Shown here in pieces: positions 10,731 through 17,664 of a stretch of DNA of 32,000 nucleotides (positions are counted from its first letter, which is position 1; every line of letters starts with the position of its first letter). A model generated the notes under the pieces. That model saw only the letters and a list, made by a program, of their open reading frames with translations. It searched no databases and was not told where the DNA came from. Both the position numbers and the translations under genes were made by a program. Source of the DNA: Candidatus Methylomirabilis oxygeniifera (GTDB lineage: Bacteria; Methylomirabilota; Methylomirabilia; Methylomirabilales; Methylomirabilaceae); the NCBI GenBank assembly GCA_000091165.1, contig FP565575.1:360001-392000 (forward strand), written 5' to 3'.

Positions 10731-10758
10731 TTGAAAAACGCGGCAAGTATGTTATAGT
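10731..10758 (+). promoter_or_regulatory. Sigma-70-like promoter candidate for the helicase gene (TTGAAA-N16-TATAGT)
   Basis: TTGAAA at 10731-10736, a 16-nt spacer, then TATAGT at 10753-10758. This lies about 200 nt upstream of the ATG at 10957. Confidence 0.35.
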
Positions 10759-10956
10759 GACTCGAAATTGCAGTAGTAAGATCGATCGAGGCCGTGACGC
10801 GGCCCGATCCATTGTCGAGTTGGGACGTTCAATCCCGCACGGTGACTTCTCCGGTGATCCCACCGTTAGCCCCCACTCAATCCGACCGGATAAACAGCAT
10901 GGGCGCATTTTATCCATCACGGAACAGATGCGCCTAACAGCAGCATTAGGAGGATT

Positions 10957-12396
10957 ATGTCGTTTTCGTCATTCAAACTCAACGCGAACCTGTTGAAAGC
11001 CGTCCACAACATGGGGTTTAAGAGCCCGACGCCGATTCAGCGCGTGGCTGTTCCGCCCCTTCTGGAGGGCCGGGACGTTATGGCCAGCGCCGTAACGGGC
11101 AGCGGCAAGACGGCGGCGTTTCTGCTGCCCATCCTCCATTGCCTGATGGAGAAGCCAAGGGGAACAACGAGGGCGCTCGTTCTGGCGCCCACCCGGGAGC
11201 TGGCGGCGCAGATCTCGGATCACCTCCGCGAGCTCGCAGCGCACACTCCCTTGAAGGGCGCCGCGGTCTACGGGGGCGTCTCCATGGGACCTCAGGAACA
11301 GGCGTTTCGCAGAGGCGTTGACGTCCTGATCGCGACCCCCGGTCGACTCCTCGACCATTTCCAGTACCCGTACGCGCGCCTCGCCGGCATTGAGCACCTC
11401 GTGCTCGACGAGGCGGACCGTATGCTCGACATGGGTTTTCTGCCGGATATCCGCCGCATCCTGCAGCACGTTCCCAAGAAGCGGCAGACCCTGCTCTTTT
11501 CGGCGACCTTGCCGGCGCCTATCATGGAACTTGCCCGGGACATGCTCCAGAACCCGGTCTCCCTGAACATCGAGCGCAAGGCCGCGCCGGCGGCGGGGAT
11601 TACTCATGTGGCCTACCCTGTCCCGCATGAGCTGAAGTCCACCCTCTTCCTGGAACTGGTGAAGAATAGCGCGTCCAAGCACGTGCTGGCCTTCACCCGA
11701 ACCAAGCACCGGGCCAACCGGCTCGCCGACTTCCTTGAGAAGCACGGCGTCACTTGCGAACGGATCCACGGTAACCGCAGTCAGGCGCAGCGGACCGAAG
11801 CCCTGGCCAGCTTCAAGAGGGGACGGTGTCGCGTCCTGGTCGCGACCGACATCGCGGCCCGCGGCATTGACGTGGAAGCGTTGGGCCTCGTCGTGAATTT
11901 CGACGTCCCGCAACTCCCCGAGGATTACATCCACCGGGTCGGGCGTACGGGACGGGTAGACGCCACGGGCGATGCCTACACCCTCGTCTCACCGAACGAA
12001 GAGGGCACTCTCCGCGCCATTGAGAGCAACATCGGCACACGCCTGCCGCGCCAGAAGGTTCAGGGGTTCAATTACGCCACGACGCCCACTGAGCGCTTTG
12101 AGGTTCCCCTCGCCGAACGCATTGCCGCCATCCGCACCCGAAAAGCGGAGGAGCGGGTTCGGGCGAAGGCGAATGCTGCGCGCCGCACCGCGCCGGGGAT
12201 GACGGTCGTGTCCGCCGGACACGGGACAGCGGGGCAGAACCCCAGGAGCAATCGCTCAGCCGGCCCAAGTCGCTTGGGCGCAAAGTCGGCTACAGGGAAG
12301 TCCTTCAGCAGACCAGTCAGTGGACGCGCGAACGGGCAGACCGGCTGGCGAAGCAATGGCTCCGCCACAGAGCCACGGAGCGCCCGGAGGGCGTAG
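10957..12396 (+). CDS. rhlE: DEAD-box ATP-dependent RNA helicase (RhlE-like) with a basic C-terminal tail
   Basis: Q-motif region GFKSPTPIQ. Motif I AVTGSGKTAAF. PTRELA. DEAD (VLDEADRMLDMGF). SAT. HRVGRTGR. RBS AGGAGGA lies before the ATG. Confidence 0.93.
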   Translation: MSFSSFKLNANLLKAVHNMGFKSPTPIQRVAVPPLLEGRDVMASAVTGSGKTAAFLLPILHCLMEKPRGTTRALVLAPTRELAAQISDHLRELAAHTPLKGAAVYGGVSMGPQEQAFRRGVDVLIATPGRLLDHFQYPYARLAGIEHLVLDEADRMLDMGFLPDIRRILQHVPKKRQTLLFSATLPAPIMELARDMLQNPVSLNIERKAAPAAGITHVAYPVPHELKSTLFLELVKNSASKHVLAFTRTKHRANRLADFLEKHGVTCERIHGNRSQAQRTEALASFKRGRCRVLVATDIAARGIDVEALGLVVNFDVPQLPEDYIHRVGRTGRVDATGDAYTLVSPNEEGTLRAIESNIGTRLPRQKVQGFNYATTPTERFEVPLAERIAAIRTRKAEERVRAKANAARRTAPGMTVVSAGHGTAGQNPRSNRSAGPSRLGAKSATGKSFSRPVSGRANGQTGWRSNGSATEPRSARRA

Positions 12397-12419
12397 CACA
12401 CATCTCTGCGGGTCAGAAT

Positions 12420-12449
12420 CGGCTTCGTGGTCGCGTGACCACGAAGCCG
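12420..12449 (+). terminator. Strong hairpin downstream of the helicase stop codon (13-bp perfect stem, 4-nt loop)
   Basis: CGGCTTCGTGGTC-gcgt-GACCACGAAGCCG begins 24 nt after the TAG at 12394-12396. No U-tract follows, so intrinsic-terminator function is uncertain. Confidence 0.4.
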
Positions 12450-12596
12450 TACTCCCCTCTCCGGGTCGGACCGCCTGCCTGCCGTACCGGACGCGGCACA
12501 GACCGGCCGTCTCGCTAGGCCGCTTGGCCTTATCTTCTATTTGCCGGTAGTGATCCTGTACCCCCACACCCACCCACCCCGGCTATCTCGGTCGGC

Positions 12597-12673
12597 CCCC
12601 TCCAGATCCCTTTGGGCTCCGGGAAAGCCCAGCCCTTTCGGGTTTCTCGCTTGCGCCCTTGGTGAGCCCGCCG
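12597..12673. repeat. Direct repeat family A, copy 1 (about 75 bp)
   Basis: gatccctttgggctccgggaaagcccagccctttcgggtttctcgcttgcgcccttggtgagccc matches copy 2 at 13994-14070, with only a few mismatches by eye. Confidence 0.85.
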
Positions 12674-12754
12674 TCGCCTTCAGAATCCATTGCGGTGTGG
12701 ACACGTTCCGATTGACCGAAGAGCAACTGCGAGAGGAATCCGGCATTGCCTGAG

Positions 12755-12850
12755 GTCATCTCCAGCACCTCACCTCTGCAATACTTAGCTCAGATCGGTC
12801 TGTTGCACCTTTTGCCGGTCATGGCCGGACGCATCCTGACAGGCGAATAG
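12755..12850 (+). pseudogene. N-terminal fragment of a PIN-like (DUF3368-type) nucleic-acid-binding protein
   Basis: Translates to VISSTSPLQYLAQIGLLHLLPVMAGRILTGE*. This resembles the conserved (D/S)xSPLIxLAKIGxLDLL N-terminus of PIN-like proteins. Only about 30 codons are present and there is no start codon. Confidence 0.4.
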
Positions 12851-12855
12851 ATTGA

Positions 12856-12993
12856 ATGGCACAGAAGCCAGAGCTTGAACTTACCTGGATCGGGAAGGAG
12901 AACCGACTGAAGCTGGGTCTGCGCATCCTGCTGGAGGACCCGGAGAAGTTCCATCACGTCCCGCTCTACATCTCGCCTTCGGTACCCGCATAG
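12856..12993 (+). pseudogene. N-terminal fragment of an N6-adenine DNA methyltransferase (LELTWIGK-type N-terminus)
   Basis: ATG at 12856 gives MAQKPELELTWIGKENRLKLGLRILLEDPEKFHH. This is the stereotyped N-terminus of type III-Mod-like or N4/N6 methylases. It then diverges (VPLYISPSVPA*) into repeat family B. Confidence 0.55.
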
Positions 12994-13020
12994 CTGCCGT
13001 CTTCCACAGAGAGACCCCCT
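12966..13020. repeat. Direct repeat family B, copy 1 (about 40-55 bp)
   Basis: ct.ca.ct.gccttcgg..cc.gcatagctgccgtc is shared with 14759-14815. In both copies the TAG inside the repeat terminates the upstream ORF. Confidence 0.6.
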
Positions 13021-13221
13021 TTCCCATAGCGCAACACACAGCTCACTAAGTTCCCACTGTTCTTGTCACCGTTGCCTAAAGCGAGTATACTTTCGTTTCG
13101 ATAACCGGATCCCCGTCAATATTGCTCGGCATGACTCCTCGCCCTCCGCGAAACCCTCCAAGTCGCTGGGCGGGCCGATTTCTCGGGGCGCTTTAACCCT
13201 CGATAGAGCCAGAGACCAAGC

Positions 13222-13839
13222 ATGACAGCAAAGTCGGTAAAATACGACGCGCGTAAAATTGAATTGCTGATACTCACGATTCGCGGGCAGAAGGTAATTT
13301 TGGACCGCGACTTGGCTGCTCTCTATGGTGTGCCCACCTTTCGATTTAATGAAGCCGTAAAGCGCAATCGCCGGCGCTTTCCCGATGACTTCGCGTTTCA
13401 GCTTACGCGTCAAGAGCTTACAGACTTGATATCGCATATTGCGATATCAAGTTCGGGTCATGGGGGCATTCGTAAACTTCCTTGGGCCTTTACGGAGCAT
13501 GGCGCGGTCATGGCCGCGAACATTCTTCGCAGCGAGCGGGCCATCCAGATGAGTGTCTTCGTTGTACGCGCCTTCGTGAAGATGCGCTCCTTGCTTGCGG
13601 CCCAAAAAGACCTGACTGGAAAGCTCGCGGAATTGGAGAAAACGCTGACTGAACGGGTTGACCTGCACGAACGGGTCATCTCCGACATTATCCAGCAAAT
13701 CATGTCTCTCCTAAGTCCTCCGTCGCTGCCTGAGCCGCCGGAAAAGCGAATTGGCTTTCATGTACGGGAAGGTCTCGCCACCTACAAGCGCCGCCGGAAC
13801 CTTGGCCTGAAGCGAATCGAAGGGAAGGTCAAGCCATGA
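13222..13839 (+). CDS. ORF6N-domain (KilA-N-like) DNA-binding protein
   Basis: IRGQKVILDRDLAALYGVPTFRFNEAVKRNRRRFPDDFAFQLT...GGIRKLPWAFTEHGAVMAANILRSERAIQMSVFVVRAFVKMR matches the ORF6N consensus as I recall it. Confidence 0.8.
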   Translation: MTAKSVKYDARKIELLILTIRGQKVILDRDLAALYGVPTFRFNEAVKRNRRRFPDDFAFQLTRQELTDLISHIAISSSGHGGIRKLPWAFTEHGAVMAANILRSERAIQMSVFVVRAFVKMRSLLAAQKDLTGKLAELEKTLTERVDLHERVISDIIQQIMSLLSPPSLPEPPEKRIGFHVREGLATYKRRRNLGLKRIEGKVKP

Positions 13840-13993
13840 TGCCGGAACAGAGAGAGGAGCTAATCCGGCCTGACGGCCCCCTGGTTGTTGCCCTCTGCTC
13901 CCCGCGTGTCCGCTCTTGGCGGACAGCGGACCGCCCTGCTGGCGTGACCGCCGCTCCACTCACGCACTTCCCCTGCATCTCGCCTCAGCCCCG

Positions 13994-14070
13994 TCCCTCC
14001 CGATCCCTTCGGGCTCCGGGAAAACCCCGCCCTTTCGGGTTTCTCGCTTGCGCCCTTGGTGAGCCCTCCG
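13994..14070. repeat. Direct repeat family A, copy 2
   Basis: gatcccttcgggctccgggaaaaccccgccctttcgggtttctcgcttgcgcccttggtgagccc is the partner of 12597-12673. Confidence 0.85.
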
Positions 14071-14184
14071 CCGGGACCAACTCATCGCCGAGATCGAAGG
14101 CAAGCTGCAGCAGCGCGTCTCGCAGAAGATGCTGTGTTCCATCCGGTGGTCGTTGACATGATTCGTAGGCTACGCTTGACAGGC

Positions 14185-14202
14185 GTTCGCAATAATGCGA
14201 AC
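14185..14202. promoter_or_regulatory. Inverted repeat GTTCGC-aataat-GCGAAC next to a TTGACA hexamer; candidate operator/promoter of the XRE gene
   Basis: The perfect 6-bp arms are separated by an AT-rich 6-mer. TTGACA lies at 14176-14181. The element sits immediately upstream of the 14205/14244 starts. Confidence 0.3.
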
Positions 14203-14204
14203 AT

Positions 14205-14576
14205 GTGGCGTATCTGACAAGAGAACGATCAGAAGACTTGACGATGTCTAAGAGTAGGAAATCGGCCACCACGGATGCCGTGGAAATTCTCCACCGCCGC
14301 TATTACGAAGGTAGATCTGAACGGCTCGCGGCGCTTGAGGAAGCGCGCGTCAATGAGAGCGTGGCCCGCAAAATTGCCGCTCTGCGCGTCCAGGCCGGTC
14401 TGTCGCAGCGTCAACTGGCCAAACTTGTCGGCACTACGGCGTCGGTGATCTGCCGGTTGGAAGATGCTGACTACGAAGGCCATTCGCTGGCCATGTTGAA
14501 CCGGATCGCTGCCGCGCTGAACCAGCGAGTGGAAATTCGCTTCGTGCAAACTCGCAAACGGCTTCAACACGCCTGA
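14205..14576 (+). CDS. XRE-family helix-turn-helix protein, HigA-like antitoxin architecture (probable start at ATG 14244)
   Basis: KIAALRVQAGLSQRQLAKLVGTTASVICRLEDADYEGHSLAMLNRIAAALNQRVEIRF is a typical Cro/C1 HTH with an antitoxin-type C-terminus. Confidence 0.75.
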   Translation: MAYLTRERSEDLTMSKSRKSATTDAVEILHRRYYEGRSERLAALEEARVNESVARKIAALRVQAGLSQRQLAKLVGTTASVICRLEDADYEGHSLAMLNRIAAALNQRVEIRFVQTRKRLQHA

Positions 14577-14594
14577 GCGCTTCTGGAAAGGCCC

Positions 14595-14786
14595 ATGACA
14601 GATCCGACGATCACCCGCCTTCACTACAAGGCTGACATCAAACTAACCGGATCACTTGAGCCGCCGTTCATCGAGGCCATCCGCGGGGCAGTCCTCAAAC
14701 TGGCAGGCGAGCAGATTTACGGGCACAGAAGCCAAAATTCAAGCTCGCGCTCCCCGTTCTGCACCTTGCCTTCGGCGCCAGCATAG
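14595..14786 (+). CDS. Hypothetical 63-aa ORF, possibly the truncated 5' end of a lost gene
   Basis: The ORF runs into repeat family B copy 2 and ends ...CTLPSAPA*. This parallels the ...YISPSVPA* end of the methyltransferase fragment. Confidence 0.25.
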   Translation: MTDPTITRLHYKADIKLTGSLEPPFIEAIRGAVLKLAGEQIYGHRSQNSSSRSPFCTLPSAPA

Positions 14787-14815
14787 CTGCCGTCCCCCAA
14801 GTTTGGAGAGTTCCC
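14759..14815. repeat. Direct repeat family B, copy 2
   Basis: ctgcaccttgccttcggcgccagcatagctgccgtccccc... is the partner of 12966-13020. Confidence 0.6.
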
Positions 14816-14977
14816 CTTCCTCTGTGGAAAATTATCCACCTTTATTCCAGCCCCTCTTTTGTTATTGAGAGATAGAACTGTTTGGAATATTCTACCCTTG
14901 ATTGAAGGGATCAAGGCGTCGATCGCTTATCGGCTTCGTGTGGCCAGCGGTTCCATGCCGTCGAACCAATCGGGTAA

Positions 14978-15154
14978 AGTCGAAATAAGGAAAGATTGGA
15001 GGACAGGGTTGAGCGTATCCCGTCGGCAAAGGAGGATGATTCCGAAGCCGATGTCTTGGGGCTCGAATACGAAATAGACCGGCGCGTATACCGCCTGTAC
15101 GGCCTGACCAAGGAGAAAACCGCCATTGTTGAGGGTTCACAAAAACGAAGATGA
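14978..15154 (+). pseudogene. C-terminal fragment of a DNA methyltransferase or type IIG R-M protein
   Basis: The frame opens after the TAA at 14975 and has no ATG. It translates to ...KERLEDRVERIPSAKEDDSEADVLGLEYEIDRRVYRLYGLTKEKTAIVEGSQKRR*. The EIDxxVYxLYGLTxEExxIVE tail is characteristic of Eco57I/PglX-type methylase C-termini. Confidence 0.55.
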
Positions 15155-15585
15155 CGTATTTTTCCATATGTCGAGGACCGTTACACGCGTCTGTTAATCA
15201 GTGCTCAACGAGTTTTTGCAGATGCGCGAAGCCTGAACCCCAGGACCAATTCCTCGGACGGCTTACGAATATCGAACACGGCAGCAGCGTTAGTATCCGC
15301 CCGATCGAGCTCACTTAAGAGTCGCTAATAGAAACAGCACACTGATCTCATTTTTCTTAGTGGTGGATATCAGTTGCGAGTTGATCGGACGCGTCAGCTC
15401 AAGCAGGCTTGGTTTGGACCTCTGCCAAGTGTAGAATAAAGGTTGGCCAACGCCCCGTGCATGGCGCCAGCCGAAAATCATAGAATGAGATATACTGTCT
15501 CGCCCGTTAAGCGAGTAAAATGATTGCTTAGTCTTATGGCGCTGCCCGCGATCAACGGGGCGCCATGAAAGGAGGATCTGGCGAA

Positions 15586-16239
15586 ATGGGTGCCTGCAAG
15601 CTTTGTTCTGAACTCGAATCACGCACATCTGCATGGAACCAGCCGCTATTCGAGTCACCGAATTTTGTGGCACTTCCGTCGCTGGGCGCGCTCATTGAGG
15701 GATGGATTCTTCTGGTGCCCAAGCGCCATTTCATCTCATTCGGCGCGGTGCCGGGTTCTATGCTTGCTGAGATGAACGAGTTTAAGGGGTTCCTCTGCTC
15801 GGTGCTGGGTCAGCGTTATGGAACGGCTACTGCGTTTGAACATGGCCCGATCGCGGCAGGTCGAACCGTAGGGTGCGGGGTCGATCATGCACATCTCCAC
15901 CTCGTCCCGCTTCTATTTGATCTCTTGGCTGAAGTATCGCCATTATTGCCAAGCGGTGTCAGGTGGGCGAACGCTGGGATTGAGGAATGCCAGGACGCGT
16001 ACGGTCGAGGGCAAGACTATTTGTATCTTGAGCAACCAATCTGCTCAGGCTGGATCGCCACCCACGACCAATTTGGAAGCCAGCTCTTCCGCCGAGCCAT
16101 AGCGACACGAATTGGTGTGCGAGATCAATACAACTGGCGCGAGTACGAGCAGTTGCCAACCGTGATGGCCACCATGCAGATGGTTCGGGCCTTGGTCTCA
16201 ACCGGAGCCGCTGATGGCCTATCTGGTTCAGCAGCGTAA
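15586..16239 (+). CDS. HIT-superfamily (histidine triad) nucleotide hydrolase/transferase with a C-terminal extension of about 100 aa
   Basis: N-terminal CKLC. ...GWILLVPKRH.... Histidine triad VDHAHLHLVP (codons 15886-15900). AAAGGAGGA RBS lies about 10 nt before the ATG at 15586 (the ORF track starts at 15565). Confidence 0.8.
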   Translation: MGACKLCSELESRTSAWNQPLFESPNFVALPSLGALIEGWILLVPKRHFISFGAVPGSMLAEMNEFKGFLCSVLGQRYGTATAFEHGPIAAGRTVGCGVDHAHLHLVPLLFDLLAEVSPLLPSGVRWANAGIEECQDAYGRGQDYLYLEQPICSGWIATHDQFGSQLFRRAIATRIGVRDQYNWREYEQLPTVMATMQMVRALVSTGAADGLSGSAA

Positions 16240-16806
16240 ATGAATCCGCCCAAAATGGACGACGAGGCTGACGGTCGCGAACGTGGGGAATGGCAGTCCA
16301 AGTATACCGATCCCGTAGCTCGCCGGTGGATTCGGATCGAGTCCGCCTACTTGGCGATCCTCCTTATCATTGCGCCGAGCGCAATGTTGGCATTGTGGCT
16401 GGGATACCCTCAGTATTGGTTGCAGCTATCCGACCAAAAATATCGAACGCTGTTTTTGTGGGGGCTCGCCTGGATAGCTGGGACATTCGGAGGGACGCTT
16501 TTCGACATCAAGTGGCTGTATCGTTCTGTTGCGAGACAGTTCTGGCACATGGATCGTCGCCCGTGGCGATTTTTCACGCCCCATATCTCTGGCGGGCTGG
16601 CTTTTATCGTAATCGCATTAATCTCCTCCGGTCTAGTGCAAGTATTTGACCGCCACGCCATCGAGTCTCCGTCGCTCGTACTCGGTGTAGCGTTTCTTGC
16701 CGGGTATTTTGCCGATAGTACGCTTGCAAAGCTTGCGGAAATTGCCCATACGCTTTTTGGCCAGTCTACTGGAAAGAAAGACATATCCGAGAAGAAAGAC
16801 GCATAG
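16240..16806 (+). CDS. Four-TM membrane protein of unknown family
   Basis: The ATG directly abuts the upstream TAA (gcgTAAATGaat). Hydrophobic helices are IESAYLAILLIIAPSAMLALWLGY, TLFLWGLAWIAGTFGGTLF, ISGGLAFIVIALISSGLV and LVLGVAFLAGYFADSTLA. The N- and C-termini are charged. Confidence 0.7.
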   Translation: MNPPKMDDEADGRERGEWQSKYTDPVARRWIRIESAYLAILLIIAPSAMLALWLGYPQYWLQLSDQKYRTLFLWGLAWIAGTFGGTLFDIKWLYRSVARQFWHMDRRPWRFFTPHISGGLAFIVIALISSGLVQVFDRHAIESPSLVLGVAFLAGYFADSTLAKLAEIAHTLFGQSTGKKDISEKKDA

Positions 16807-16820
16807 CCAGGCGTACCCAA

Positions 16821-17651
16821 ATGAGAGATGCCTCTCCTTTGCGATATCCGGGTGGAAAATGGCGGATCGCGCCGTTCTTCGAGCGAGTCCTTCTGCTCAA
16901 CCGATTGGCTGGTAGCGATTATTTTGAGCCGTATGCGGGCGGTGCGAGCCTCGCATTGAGCCTTCTGCTCGCGAATCGTGTTACCGAGATCTACCTCAAT
17001 GACTTAGATCCTGCTGTCCATGCGTTTTGGTATGTCGTTCTCATGCGAAATAAGGATTTGAGGGAGCTTATCGAGTCGACCGCGGTCACGCCTGAAGAGT
17101 GGATTCGCCAAAAGGAAATCTACAAGAAAGGCCGTTCGGCCGGCATGCTGGCTTTCGGATTCGCAACTTTTTTCCTAAATCGCACAAATCATTCCGGTAT
17201 TATGAACGGAGGGATGATAGGCGGAAAGGCGCAGGAAGGAACATGGAAGTTGGATGCCCGTTTCAACAAGCCGGAATTGCTGAGACGGATTAAACGGATT
17301 GGTTCATATAAGAAGCGTGTCCACCTGTCGCAACTCGATGCTATCGACTTTCTGAACCATACCAAGCCATCGCGAGATAGCCTCGTCTACTTAGACCCGC
17401 CGTATTACAACGCAGGGGCAAAATTATATCTCAATGCGTATGGCCCGGGTGATCATGCGGCTGTACGTAACGCGGTGAGACAACTGGATGCCCCATGGAT
17501 CATTTCCTACGACGATGTTCCTGAAATTAGAACACTGTACAGGCCAGTGCGGTCGCGACGCTTAAGGCTCCTACACACGGCTCGATCTTTGAGGCTCGGT
17601 AGAGAAGTTCTATTTTTCTCATCCCGGTTAAGAATTCCGGTCTACCGTTGA
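16821..17651 (+). CDS. Dam-family (D12 class) N6-adenine DNA methyltransferase
   Basis: YPGGKWRIAPFF. SAM-binding FEPYAGGASLA. YLNDLDPAVHAFW. FFLNRTNHSG. Catalytic DPPY (17394-17405). C-terminal SYDDVPEIRTLY. Confidence 0.88.
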   Translation: MRDASPLRYPGGKWRIAPFFERVLLLNRLAGSDYFEPYAGGASLALSLLLANRVTEIYLNDLDPAVHAFWYVVLMRNKDLRELIESTAVTPEEWIRQKEIYKKGRSAGMLAFGFATFFLNRTNHSGIMNGGMIGGKAQEGTWKLDARFNKPELLRRIKRIGSYKKRVHLSQLDAIDFLNHTKPSRDSLVYLDPPYYNAGAKLYLNAYGPGDHAAVRNAVRQLDAPWIISYDDVPEIRTLYRPVRSRRLRLLHTARSLRLGREVLFFSSRLRIPVYR

Positions 17652-17664
17652 GGATCAATAGAGG

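Noticed and set aside
10969-11934. 321-aa ORF on the minus strand
   Set aside because: It is antisense to the DEAD-box helicase, which has all its canonical motifs, so this is a shadow ORF.
12397-12700. Direct repeat of the tRNA-Ala 3' end (att site) at the left island border
   Set aside because: Visual search for the tRNA 3' half (ggattcgaacccct...) found only a 9-nt chance match near 19911, so no att-type duplication can be claimed.
15311-15673. 120-aa ORF on the minus strand upstream of or overlapping the HIT gene
   Set aside because: It overlaps the start of the HIT gene, has no RBS or family resemblance, and lies in what is more likely the operon's promoter region.
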